From assembly GCA_963695435.1 (NCBI GenBank), contig OY968788.1, positions 477,456 through 541,455 on the forward strand: DNA of 64,000 nt, given 5' to 3'. Below are positions 38,701 through 47,709 of the stretch, piece after piece (the first letter of the stretch is position 1; every line of letters starts with the position of its first letter). A program made the position numbers and the translations under genes. Under the pieces are notes generated by a model. The model made no database searches. It saw nothing but the letters and a program-made list of their open reading frames with translations, and was not told the origin of the DNA. This stretch comes from an uncultured bacterium (GTDB taxonomy: Bacteria; Patescibacteriota; Kazan-3B-28).

Positions 38701-39670
38701 CGCTTGCATCAAGATCTTGGAAACGAGCGGGACCAGTAATAGTCAATGTCACATTAGCTTTATTTGTCCACTTGTTTATAGAAGATGTTTTGTGACGCAT
38801 GGAGAAGGAGACTAGTGTGCTTATGGAACGTCCTATTACGCTGTCGGCGGAAACGAGTTCGGTAGTCACATTGGGGTCTTCACCGGGTTGCTGGATGATT
38901 TCAGTCCCAGAGACGCCGGAGGAGTCGATAACGCCACCCGTAATTACAACTCGGTCTCCCATCAGGATAGCGGTGTGCTTCATCCTGCCCACCCGCATCA
39001 TCGGTTCTGTGTCTGTTTGGTAGTATTCCTTGAGAGTAACGAAACGATTAGCACTAGCGTCATATACTTCACCTGTGCGTAACAAACCAGAGTCATTCCA
39101 CCCGTCTATTATTTTTTTCCATTCGGCTAGGTTGTATTCGTCTTTCGCGGACAAATCAAATGATAGAAAGTTTGCTGGAATCTTGGTTAATCCTCCTAGT
39201 ATTAATACATCACCATCTGGTAGCAAGGTAGAGGACTGCCAAGCCCGAGGGCTGTTCATCTCCCCAGCGAGAGTGAAGTTGCGATTTTTTGGGTCATATA
39301 GAACTGCTGTTTGTAAAATAGTTTTGCCGTTGGTACCACCGGCAACCAAAACCATACCGTTTTTCAATAGAGTCATAGTGTGGCCATAACGGGGGAAAGT
39401 TCCACCAACATATTGGAGAACATTTTCACCTTCGCCATTGTTTTCTTGGTAGCTAACTTTAAATTGTCCATATTTTGTTCTATCCGCACCGCCACCAACT
39501 GTTGTAAAAACGAACTTTTCCTGCAAAGCATTGTTGACCTCTGTTGTTAAATCTGATGGAACTTCATTGCTGGTGGTGGTTTGGGCGAGGGCGGGGAGAT
39601 TGCCAAAAACGCCTGTCACTAGAGACAGGGCGAGCAGAAAGGCAGTGGTTTTTTGGAATCTATTTTTCAT
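35738..39670 (-). CDS. Giant secreted Kelch-like beta-propeller / Ig-like repeat protein (1310 aa)
   Basis: Signal peptide. Kelch-like blades (GHTMTLLKNGMVLVAGGTNG; MKHTAILMGDRVVITGGV). Long beta-rich repeats. Confidence 0.8.
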   Translation of the reverse strand: MKNRFQKTTAFLLALSLVTGVFGNLPALAQTTTSNEVPSDLTTEVNNALQEKFVFTTVGGGADRTKYGQFKVSYQENNGEGENVLQYVGGTFPRYGHTMTLLKNGMVLVAGGTNGKTILQTAVLYDPKNRNFTLAGEMNSPRAWQSSTLLPDGDVLILGGLTKIPANFLSFDLSAKDEYNLAEWKKIIDGWNDSGLLRTGEVYDASANRFVTLKEYYQTDTEPMMRVGRMKHTAILMGDRVVITGGVIDSSGVSGTEIIQQPGEDPNVTTELVSADSVIGRSISTLVSFSMRHKTSSINKWTNKANVTLTITGPARFQDLDASGKQKTDAGLTQNIQTVSFTLYPGSTPYKYTARIISSIKNQDLGDIKITAVATFMDKTYNRNLTIKRDYKISPPVKTADEIAAERAQNSFVITLSADKTKVGRGEVANISVTAYDNRPKSERPSSTTEAQCTLTVTGPAKFWRTDTDLANNIQKIKFALLPQMGVHRAPNGDIPKLRVLSSYQNKDLGPITLELAVGYGGTTYWKSIVIQRDYKQSAAPLSEEESAQLKKSIEYKINVSQTNITQGEDARLTIRMDDNRDFGKLPNIATVANVKIQTQGGISIRYSKPKEFHGLWISGSEEVISKDLSIPIYPRLTPRTVSVGITGDANSTGLEGLVSVQISYDGNLYPSSPKTFQFKVRAISKNTKTSDMSSIQYSLGAGTNNLLPAESTDVEMIFRNSNHTERGGDAPATISIKGDAHLVWRGKSTKEITTTLQPGFYYWKVKAKLVSENTAPDENEPIILTSTVSYDDKIYQKSLTISRMPTDEGEVEDVANALTPPAETSLSASALAGATPATSTFDILTNNDYLVAEDNKPMAVSTRVLGDNVNPLVRLVKNLTAAKFDNTTYEYGGEYFDFHWLSEVTFKPLPIALPQSLGQVAIALDKSTLMLAGEGYKGVLLYDIGTASLVKLANLSVKGEISCAVQRDTGGAPVVIYLFGSQTTETIQTINISDGSSDMVAPEIAVDQNTATKIQQLNTSIEPSGWLEKFIASFGKVGAAILTSIHSSRQQAAYSLADPKSAFGNIEQVAHLSGNQYLLTTSSASALSFVYDLDTNVAQPMTDWQLPVYTDSTTQSDLINMADSELPVFHQAIGLGDGTVLIYGGQFDHTVYPFQTTSAIYNQPDSQITGLQQLIAKANTLFAQLRPPVRIKYYDSNISSFTSEAAKEYDGIYSGNELASWETSHSRSNSSGSAYFDAFLVEPKVITGEEKQITTGIQPLPSTPDGQNTSTGDNGGDGVIEVCTHLLGNTFRCVRQSDGYTYTKTVPMQ

Positions 39671-39767
39671 TTTTTATTTTAGCTTTTCTTTTTCTTTTTT
39701 GTCATTCTCTGGCTCGACCAGAGAATCCATGGATCCTCCGATCAAGTCGGAGGATGACAAAGGGGGA

Positions 39768-42700
39768 TTAGGGTAGGGGAGCGCCCGAGCCGAAGTTGCG
39801 GATTAGGAACCCAAGATCAAAATTATTGATCCATGTGTCTTGGTTAATATCAGCAATCAGACCGGCATGACCAGGACCCCAGTTGCCAATCGGCAACCAG
39901 AAGTCCCCTATGTTGATTTTGTTGTCTTGAAAGACTGAAAGCCATTTGTCCGGAGCCCCCCAGAAGTCACCGACGAGCAGACCTCCACCAAGCGGATTGG
40001 CTATCATGTCCGTAAAGTTTATCGAAATCGTACCGTTAGTAGTGCCCGCGGTAAATTCTTTTACCCGTGCCAGGTGGTAGCGTCCCTTTGCCCACGCGCC
40101 GTAGGCTTTGCCTGGGTGAAGATAAATAGTCGGCAAATCAAGGATTTTATCAGCATTGTCAGTAAAGTAAACTTCATCCACAACCGGAGCTATGCCGGTA
40201 GTTTTTTCACGAACATAAAGTTTGATTTGTCGGTCGTAAGCGTTGGCTTGGAGAGGGACTGTGATGTCCAGCGTGGCGGAGACCAGGCTGTTTGGATCTT
40301 CAAATTCGATCTTAGTAGGCCCGAGCTTAGTGTTACTTAGACTAACCGTGCCGGTTATGTTGCTTGTCCCGATAACATTGGCACGCACCTTGAATCTTGC
40401 CCGACCCTTTTCGTCAGTAAGGGTAAATTCCTGATTTTCATTAGAATAAGTGGTAATAACATCACCCAAGCGATCACTTGCAATCGATACTTCCCACCCT
40501 GATAGTGGGATGAAGCCTTTGGACCGAAGAGTAACGGTAACAACCGAATAAGCCGAACCATCCGCGGGTACAAATCGCGGTACAGCGGAAATAGTAGAGA
40601 GGGTAGTGTCGATGGCATCAACAACAATAAAGTCATCGTTCCCGTCTTTGTTAGCAACTTCGCTGCCTGTGGTAACGGTTACATTCCAACCGCCCAAAGT
40701 AGCGTTGTCTTTGACATTGATTATCAAAGAAATCTTTTGAGTAGCTGAATGGACTGTAGTAGATATGATTTCTATCCCAGTACCGTTAGACGCTGGCGGT
40801 GTAAAACTAACTACCGAAGTTCCCTGAACAAAATGGGTATCGGCACCAGTAATTTCTACCAGCACTAGCGACTTGTTGCGGAAGCTGGAGTTAGGAGAAA
40901 TCGTGGTGAGCCGCGGCCCCTCTAACCAAAATTCAAAATTGGCTGTCGTAGGAATTTGAATCGGGTTGTTCGTAAGCTGATCTGTGTCCTTACCGTAATA
41001 GCCAGTGATTGTCACTTGCCCAATCGTGTCTGAACGAACTTCAAATGTTGCCTTGCCTTCTGAATTGGTGACACCTCCGTTGAGAGCCGTAATGCTGTCA
41101 ACTATCGTAGTACCGTCATTACGACTGGAAGTAACTTTTACATAATAACCAGCAACGGGGTGGAGTTGATTCCCCCATGTACCGTTCAGCGTGACAGTTA
41201 CAGTCGCTTTGTCGAGTGTCTTATGAGCAATCACTTTGGGCTTGTCGACAGTAACAATACTTTGGCTTGGGATTGGCACACCTTCGTTAGTAAAGGTAAC
41301 TTGTGCGGGCCCGATATTGCCAAGCGAGCTGTTCGGTTGATCGGTCCATGACGCAAATACATTAACCGGAAGGGGACTCTCGACTGGTGAAGAAATCAGT
41401 TTGAAAGTGACCGTTCCATCGACTCTAGTTTTGAGGTATCCAGGAAATCTTGGGTCGGGCGGCACATCTTGGTCGCCTTCGAAAGGCGTGACTGTTACTT
41501 TGCCTGTACTGTCATCGGTAGTTACCGTAGTGTACATCCCGACTACTGTGTCTCCGTAACTGTCTTTGAGCGTAACCGTAGCAATGGCGTAAGACACGCC
41601 ATCAGCCGCGACTGTCGCTGGCACTACCGTAAGAGATGAGCGATTTACATCGGGCATGCCGCGTTTTCCATACGCCCCCAACACTCGGAGGTTGTCGGCA
41701 AATATTTTGTCCCCAGCATCAATACCACCGAAGCGATAAACGGCTTTTAGAGGTGTCTCGGTAGCGCCAGTCACAGAGAGATTTTGTGCGCTGAAATAGT
41801 CTGCGTCTCCCGCTTCTATTTCTGCCATCGTTTTCCAGCGATTTGTGAAGGAATCGGATGCAGGAATATACATTGCTGTATGCGAAGAAAAGTCATTGAA
41901 AGTCATATCCGGCACATGCGGATCGTGACCAATAAAGTCTGGGGTGTACATCTGATAACCTGTGGGGATGTCGTACTGGAACTCTTTTTGACCACCGTAA
42001 ACCACAACCCCACCATCCAATCCGAAAGCTTGAATATCGTAAATTGGTATATTGATAGGAATATCAGAACCTAGTTCGAGGTAGGAGTAGGACTGTTCCT
42101 GTTGCCAGCCACCGCTATCCATTCGTTCTACTTGTTCAGTCGCTGTTACCGGTATGCGATAGTATTGTGTGCCAGAGTATGTGTACAAATCGTATCTTCC
42201 CTCACTGCCTGTTTGGTCAATAAGACCACCTACGGTAATGGGGTCAGACGGGTTGGGGGAGGCCATACCGAAGAAGGCTCGTCCTTCTTTTGCGTCCAAA
42301 GCATTTTTGAATGTAAAGATGTCTAGACCGCGATCGATGTTTGAACCGGTCCAATTGGTCCCGCTAACAAGGCGGTAGGCAATGTTACCTTTGAATGTAT
42401 AGTTGATTTTGCCAAAGTTGAATGGGTGGTTTGGATTGGCAGGGATTTCATAAAACGGATGCACTACATCTTCGATTACCCAAAAACTTTTGAATGACCG
42501 GTAAGTAAGCACGGCCGCGCTGCTCGGTTTGTTGCCGATTGTAATTTCTTTAGCCCAGCTAGCTCCGCCGAAGACATAGAGTGTATTCCCGACTGACAGT
42601 AATTTGTGACCATAGCGACCTTGGGGGACCGGTACTACTTTGTAAGTCTTGACTGGCTTCGGGTCACTACCTCCTGTGTAACTTAGAATTTCCTCGGCTA

Positions 42701-44915
42701 CGACAAAGCGCAGGTGACCCAAATGCGAGACTTTATTAACCTCCCAATTTTCGGAAAAAGTACCATCGTAGTCACTGCCAAGTTCGCCCGATTCAGAGGC
42801 GTTAGCGTTATCTGCGTGGATAACGATGTGTTCGCTTACGGTAGTAACAAAGCTACCGTCGATGAGACCTTTTGACAAGAGGGGCGAGAGCTCAACGCTG
42901 CTCTTGATGCTAAAGATATTACTGGTTGCCGTAACCTCCTTGTATGTGCCATCGCCTTGAAGAGCATAAGTTTTGATTGTAATTCTGGCATGCTCGCTAA
43001 ATATGTTATTGGGGATTTGCCACGATAATGAGTCTCCGTTGGTTTGACCGATATATGCCAAGTTGTCGGTGTCATTTAGAGTGTAATAAATATATACTTT
43101 TTGACCGTAACCCGTCTTAGCATTCCAATAAATGACGTGGGTGCTACCAGGTTCCCAAACTTCGCCTCCCGATGGGTTGGTAATTTCTACCCAATCATCT
43201 CCTCTGTCATGTACAAGATAATCTTTTTCGCTGACACCCGAAGTACCGGGAAGATATTCAACAGAACGCCATTCAGGGGGGATAATAGTTGCTCTAATGC
43301 GAATATTGTGATCACCGGTAAAGTTGGGCGTGAGCCATTTATACGATCTTTCGGCAGCTGATACGGTGCTGATTGGGTGCCATTCGTTCTCGGTCAGGTA
43401 TTCTAACTTAACCGTGGCATTAGTCCCGTGATAGTCCCAGACTATATTAACTGGGCGATTGTTATCTTCGAGTAAACTTCCCTCTACTGGTCCATTGATG
43501 GTAACCCAAAATTCTTGATCGATACTGAATGTACCGTCCATCCCCATCTCAAAGTAATTACAGTCTATCTGCTCTGCCTGCCCCAGAGAAGGTGGTGCTA
43601 TCATGGCACATACCTTGACCTCGGCCGACGAAACACTCGGCCCGTAATAAGGAGTGCCAGCGGGTCCAGAAATGTAACCCACCTTCCAAATGTATCTGTG
43701 ATTATTGCTTGAAAGATTGATTGGTCCGCCAGCTATTTTCCACTTTGCAGTAGAATTTTCACGGAAATATAATCTGCCAAGAGGAACAAAAGTGGGGATT
43801 TGCCCTTCCCATTGAATGTTGTAGTAGTCGCCTGCCTGTAATTTCCCTCCGTTGCCTGGACCGATGATTTTGGGGTCACCGGACGCAGCCATAGCTTGCG
43901 GGACTGTGGTTTTATATTTTCCCACCAATGCTGATACTGATTTGATAAAAGCGACCGTACGATTCATTACAGTTTTCAATCCTGTCGTTGTGGGGGTTGT
44001 TGGAACAGTAATGACATCATCAGGCGGGGTAACAACTGGTCCTGGATCTACCGGAGTGGGGGTGGGGGTAGCACCGTGTTCGACACTTGAATAGAGCACC
44101 CCATAAGGTAAACTGATGCCGACATTGCCAAGTACTGGTTTGTGGATTAAGTCTAATTCATCCCAGAGGCTGCTGCCCTCGTCCAACATATCTTTGGCCT
44201 GATCTTCGGCAACCATGTTGGGGAATGGAGAGAATGGATTCCCGTAAATACCGCCAACAACATGGATCCTGTTGTTGTTGCTGGTTGAAACTTTCACTTC
44301 GGGATAGAAGTTGACACCAGACAGAAGCGCAAATACTTCCCATCTTGCTTCTGGATCATTCCATCTAAGACGCTCCACCGTGGAGTAGAGAAGTGGTACC
44401 TTGCCTTCCGCTTCCGGAGGAGTATGTAAGTCGCCGGAAACTACATAGAGATAATCACCACTTTCAACAAACCCAAATTCGGCATGACCAAAGTTCGTTG
44501 ATGGTACATTTTCCCAAGTGGTAACACCGCTCTTTACTAACCCGGTCTGGGGGTCAAGCTCGATGCGCTGAACCGAATTGACCATTATGGTTTGATAGCG
44601 TTCTGCAATTAGATTACGCTGAACATCAATACCTCCTGCTACATATAGCCAGGCCTTGCCGTCCTTTTGAACTGTAATAAGTTTGGCGTGGGCTCTCTTC
44701 TCGCCTCCAGTTAGTTCAACCTGTTCCCATAATTTACTAAGGTCTCCTTCCGAGATGCCAGCCTTGCTCCCGAACAGAGATAGGAGATTACCAATTTGGT
44801 TGGAAAATAAAACTACTCCGACTAATACAAAAACACCGACGGTACCGGCAATGAACCGAGATCGGTTACGGGGCTCCTGTAACCAGATTAGAAATTTTTG
44901 TTTCAAGGAGAGCAT
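39768..44915 (-). CDS. Giant membrane-anchored surface protein (1715 aa) with Kelch-like and Ig-like repeats and a dockerin-like C-terminal segment
   Basis: N-terminal signal-anchor TM. Repeats. C-terminal DINQDTWINNFDLGFLIRNFG resembles a Ca-binding dockerin/EF-hand-like repeat. Confidence 0.8.
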   Translation of the reverse strand: MLSLKQKFLIWLQEPRNRSRFIAGTVGVFVLVGVVLFSNQIGNLLSLFGSKAGISEGDLSKLWEQVELTGGEKRAHAKLITVQKDGKAWLYVAGGIDVQRNLIAERYQTIMVNSVQRIELDPQTGLVKSGVTTWENVPSTNFGHAEFGFVESGDYLYVVSGDLHTPPEAEGKVPLLYSTVERLRWNDPEARWEVFALLSGVNFYPEVKVSTSNNNRIHVVGGIYGNPFSPFPNMVAEDQAKDMLDEGSSLWDELDLIHKPVLGNVGISLPYGVLYSSVEHGATPTPTPVDPGPVVTPPDDVITVPTTPTTTGLKTVMNRTVAFIKSVSALVGKYKTTVPQAMAASGDPKIIGPGNGGKLQAGDYYNIQWEGQIPTFVPLGRLYFRENSTAKWKIAGGPINLSSNNHRYIWKVGYISGPAGTPYYGPSVSSAEVKVCAMIAPPSLGQAEQIDCNYFEMGMDGTFSIDQEFWVTINGPVEGSLLEDNNRPVNIVWDYHGTNATVKLEYLTENEWHPISTVSAAERSYKWLTPNFTGDHNIRIRATIIPPEWRSVEYLPGTSGVSEKDYLVHDRGDDWVEITNPSGGEVWEPGSTHVIYWNAKTGYGQKVYIYYTLNDTDNLAYIGQTNGDSLSWQIPNNIFSEHARITIKTYALQGDGTYKEVTATSNIFSIKSSVELSPLLSKGLIDGSFVTTVSEHIVIHADNANASESGELGSDYDGTFSENWEVNKVSHLGHLRFVVAEEILSYTGGSDPKPVKTYKVVPVPQGRYGHKLLSVGNTLYVFGGASWAKEITIGNKPSSAAVLTYRSFKSFWVIEDVVHPFYEIPANPNHPFNFGKINYTFKGNIAYRLVSGTNWTGSNIDRGLDIFTFKNALDAKEGRAFFGMASPNPSDPITVGGLIDQTGSEGRYDLYTYSGTQYYRIPVTATEQVERMDSGGWQQEQSYSYLELGSDIPINIPIYDIQAFGLDGGVVVYGGQKEFQYDIPTGYQMYTPDFIGHDPHVPDMTFNDFSSHTAMYIPASDSFTNRWKTMAEIEAGDADYFSAQNLSVTGATETPLKAVYRFGGIDAGDKIFADNLRVLGAYGKRGMPDVNRSSLTVVPATVAADGVSYAIATVTLKDSYGDTVVGMYTTVTTDDSTGKVTVTPFEGDQDVPPDPRFPGYLKTRVDGTVTFKLISSPVESPLPVNVFASWTDQPNSSLGNIGPAQVTFTNEGVPIPSQSIVTVDKPKVIAHKTLDKATVTVTLNGTWGNQLHPVAGYYVKVTSSRNDGTTIVDSITALNGGVTNSEGKATFEVRSDTIGQVTITGYYGKDTDQLTNNPIQIPTTANFEFWLEGPRLTTISPNSSFRNKSLVLVEITGADTHFVQGTSVVSFTPPASNGTGIEIISTTVHSATQKISLIINVKDNATLGGWNVTVTTGSEVANKDGNDDFIVVDAIDTTLSTISAVPRFVPADGSAYSVVTVTLRSKGFIPLSGWEVSIASDRLGDVITTYSNENQEFTLTDEKGRARFKVRANVIGTSNITGTVSLSNTKLGPTKIEFEDPNSLVSATLDITVPLQANAYDRQIKLYVREKTTGIAPVVDEVYFTDNADKILDLPTIYLHPGKAYGAWAKGRYHLARVKEFTAGTTNGTISINFTDMIANPLGGGLLVGDFWGAPDKWLSVFQDNKINIGDFWLPIGNWGPGHAGLIADINQDTWINNFDLGFLIRNFGSGAPLP

Positions 44916-44963
44916 ATTTTTATTTTGCTTTTACCCCAGAGTTTTGTCTAATTTACTGTTGTT

Positions 44964-44992
44964 ATTATACTATAAATTCACAAAAAAGTCAA
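44964..44992 (-). promoter_or_regulatory. Sigma70-type promoter TTGACT-17-TATAAT for the 39768-44915 gene
   Basis: Read on minus strand: cTTGACTtttttgtgaatttatagTATAATaac, about 50 nt upstream of the ATG. Confidence 0.55.
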
Positions 44993-45040
44993 GACTATGG
45001 CCTCGACTGCGAACTGTGACCAAAAACGGCGTATTGGGCT

Positions 45041-45643
45041 CTATTTGATATCCGAAAAACTGCCGAATGCGTCAGGGGGAGGAGACGAAGATGTTGGTGG
45101 GTTGATATCGGCGGGTGGAGATTGCGGCATTTGCTGACTAGCAGATGCCCATTCCTTGATGAGATCGGAAACCGCTTTGGCGTTGATAATGGAATGCATT
45201 TTGAATATGCCTTCTTTGCCTGCTGACTGAATTACAATATTGCCATAACCAAAAAGGGTCGACAATATTCCCTCGGTCGATTCCCGCACATCCTGTACTT
45301 GATTCCACCCAAGCTGGGCAACTCTCCGATTGAAAAATGAAATTAGTTGAATATCCATCAGCCCCTCCGGAGCAAGGATCCATGCGTCCATATACCAGAA
45401 AATAACATTTGTCATGAAGTAGCTTATGACAAATACCAAATACAATCCGCCAAATAGCCACTCTCCGACCTGCAGCGTATGTCCATCAATCAACCCCATG
45501 GCATTGACGGCCAAGATAATCAGCAGAGCGGGAAGGAGCATAAGTAGTGACCAAAGCGTTGGAACCAGTAACTCGACAACATGGGGTCGATAAATTTGAA
45601 GTGGTTGGTTGGGGTTAGTAGATGTTTCGGGTGTCTCCGTCAT
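45041..45643 (-). CDS. Membrane protein, bacterial PH-domain (DUF304-like) architecture
   Basis: Two TM helices followed by a ~100-aa soluble domain. Pro/Ser-rich tail. Confidence 0.5.
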   Translation of the reverse strand: MTETPETSTNPNQPLQIYRPHVVELLVPTLWSLLMLLPALLIILAVNAMGLIDGHTLQVGEWLFGGLYLVFVISYFMTNVIFWYMDAWILAPEGLMDIQLISFFNRRVAQLGWNQVQDVRESTEGILSTLFGYGNIVIQSAGKEGIFKMHSIINAKAVSDLIKEWASASQQMPQSPPADINPPTSSSPPPDAFGSFSDIK

Positions 45644-45645
45644 AA

Positions 45646-45846
45646 CTAAATGTCGTAGGCAATTATGGCAAGAAAAATCGAACCGACTATCAGACTGGCG
45701 ACCACCAACAAATAAAAACTAAGTAGCGTAACAGAATGATCGCCCGGAACCGATAGCCGAAATTTAATTAGATGGAAGCAATTGACTCCCACATAACCGA
45801 GGGTCAGCAAAAGCAGCAGAATATAAAGGACGATCATCACGGTCAT
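45646..45846 (-). CDS. Tiny two-TM membrane protein (66 aa), ATGA-coupled to ruvB
   Basis: Almost entirely hydrophobic. 4-nt overlap with ruvB stop, 2-nt gap to the next gene. Confidence 0.45.
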   Translation of the reverse strand: MTVMIVLYILLLLLTLGYVGVNCFHLIKFRLSVPGDHSVTLLSFYLLVVASLIVGSIFLAIIAYDI

Positions 45847-46862
45847 AGTAGGGGAGATGTCTTATTGGCAGGAAGTGGTATACCCAAATGTTTGTAGGCG
45901 AGTTCGGTTGCAATGCGCCCTTGGGCAGTACGGTGAAGAAAACCTGCCTGCAGCAAATATGGTTCATATACATCTTCAATGGTTTGAGTTTCTTCCGAAA
46001 TAGAAGCCGCGATGGAATTCACCCCCACCGGTCCGCCTTTGAATTGATTAATAATAGTGGAAAGGATTTTGCGATCCACTTCATCCAGACCCGCTTCATC
46101 AATAGTCAGCATCTCCAAAGTTGCGCGAACAATATCCAAAGTGACTTTTCCGCCATTTTTGACCAGTGCATATTCGCGAACTCGTTTTAGGATGCGGTTG
46201 GCGGTGCGGGGAGTGCGACGGGAACATTGGGCGATAAGCCCCGCACAGTCGGCGGGTAAATCGACTTTCAAAATCCGAGCGGAGCGTTGAAGAATTTTTT
46301 CGATTTCTGCTTCAGTATAAAAATCCAGTCGGTAAGTTGCGCCAAAGCGATCACGCAGGGGAGAGGACAAAGCGCCGGCACGAGTGGTAGCACCGATCAA
46401 AGTAAAACGAGGCAAAGTGAGTTTCAATGAGCGAGCGGACGGACCTTTGCCGACCATAATATCAAAACAAAAATCTTCCATTGCCGAATAGAGAACTTCT
46501 TCCACCGCTCGGCTTAGTGCGTGGATTTCGTCAATAAACAAAATATCGCCTTCCTGTAAATTGGTGAGAATGGCGGCGAGGTCGCCGGCGCGTTCAACTG
46601 CGGGACCGGAAGTTGGGCGAAGACTTACACCCGTTTCGTTGGCAATGATGGTGGCAAGAGTGGTTTTGCCCAGCCCCGGCGGCCCGAACAATAGGACATG
46701 GTCAAGCGGCTCGCCAGTCTGTTTGGCGGCGGCAATTGCTATCCCGAGACCAGCTTTGGCTTGTTCCTGCCCAATATACCCGTCAAAGTTGCGGGGGCGC
46801 AGGTGAGTGTCCAGCTCGGTATCCTCCGATTGGATTTTGGCATCCACAATCCGATTTTCCAT
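45843..46862 (-). CDS. ruvB: Holliday junction branch migration ATPase RuvB
   Basis: Walker [15 protein letters not shown], Walker B, sensor motifs. Start chosen at MENRIV to avoid overlap with uppP (the ORF could extend to 46904). Confidence 0.9.
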   Translation of the reverse strand: MENRIVDAKIQSEDTELDTHLRPRNFDGYIGQEQAKAGLGIAIAAAKQTGEPLDHVLLFGPPGLGKTTLATIIANETGVSLRPTSGPAVERAGDLAAILTNLQEGDILFIDEIHALSRAVEEVLYSAMEDFCFDIMVGKGPSARSLKLTLPRFTLIGATTRAGALSSPLRDRFGATYRLDFYTEAEIEKILQRSARILKVDLPADCAGLIAQCSRRTPRTANRILKRVREYALVKNGGKVTLDIVRATLEMLTIDEAGLDEVDRKILSTIINQFKGGPVGVNSIAASISEETQTIEDVYEPYLLQAGFLHRTAQGRIATELAYKHLGIPLPANKTSPLL

Positions 46863-46869
46863 GGCTCTA

Positions 46870-47700
46870 TTATAGCTGGAAAAGCGGAAGCCCAATATGG
46901 GCAAGTTTGAGCACTAATAAGGCGATTCCGACTACTATCAGGTATCCAGCAAAGACATATAATTTATTATGTTTCAGGAACCGCATCATTATCGCGATGG
47001 CAGCGAAACTGCTGATCAACGACACTCCAGAACCAACCCCAAGCATTGTCCAATTGACTGCGGTGTTCCCTAAGTCTATTTGAAGAAGCGCGTAACCGCC
47101 CGCCAATATCAGCGCGGGAACACCAAGCAAGAAAGCGTACCTTGCGGCTTCTTCCCGTTTGAGCCCAATGTACAAACCGCTCGCGATTGTTGCGCCTGAA
47201 CGGGAAATGCCAGGCAACATTGCGCCGAGTTGAGCGATACCGATACTTAGCGCATCAAAGAAAGTCAGTTTGCTCAAATTTTTTCTGCCATGGGCAATGC
47301 GTTCAACTAGAATAAACATCAAGCCAGCGAAAATCATCAGGCCGGCAATAATCATGAGATTACGACCATCTTCGGTAAAAAGTTGAGGGAAGAGAAGACC
47401 GCCAGCAATTACCGGAACAGTTGAGATTATAAGCAGCCAAAGAAGTCTGCGGGATTGAACAACAGAATGACTGGTAGATTTTGGGTTTAGGCTCGCTAAA
47501 ATGCCTAGCCAGTCGGCGCGGAAGTAAATCAAAATCGCGATTACGGTTGCCAAATGTAGAACCGCGTCAAACAAAGCGCCTTGATCCGCCCAGCCAAATA
47601 ATTCCCGAACAATAACCAAGTGCCCCGACGAGCTGATGGGAAGAAATTCGGTGAGTCCTTGGACCAAACCAAGAATGGCGGGTTGAATGAAATCTAGCAT
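46870..47700 (-). CDS. uppP: Undecaprenyl-diphosphatase (UppP/BacA)
   Basis: N-terminal [19 protein letters not shown] signature and multi-TM body. Confidence 0.9.
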   Translation of the reverse strand: MLDFIQPAILGLVQGLTEFLPISSSGHLVIVRELFGWADQGALFDAVLHLATVIAILIYFRADWLGILASLNPKSTSHSVVQSRRLLWLLIISTVPVIAGGLLFPQLFTEDGRNLMIIAGLMIFAGLMFILVERIAHGRKNLSKLTFFDALSIGIAQLGAMLPGISRSGATIASGLYIGLKREEAARYAFLLGVPALILAGGYALLQIDLGNTAVNWTMLGVGSGVSLISSFAAIAIMMRFLKHNKLYVFAGYLIVVGIALLVLKLAHIGLPLFQL

Positions 47701-47709
47701 CTCTATTTA

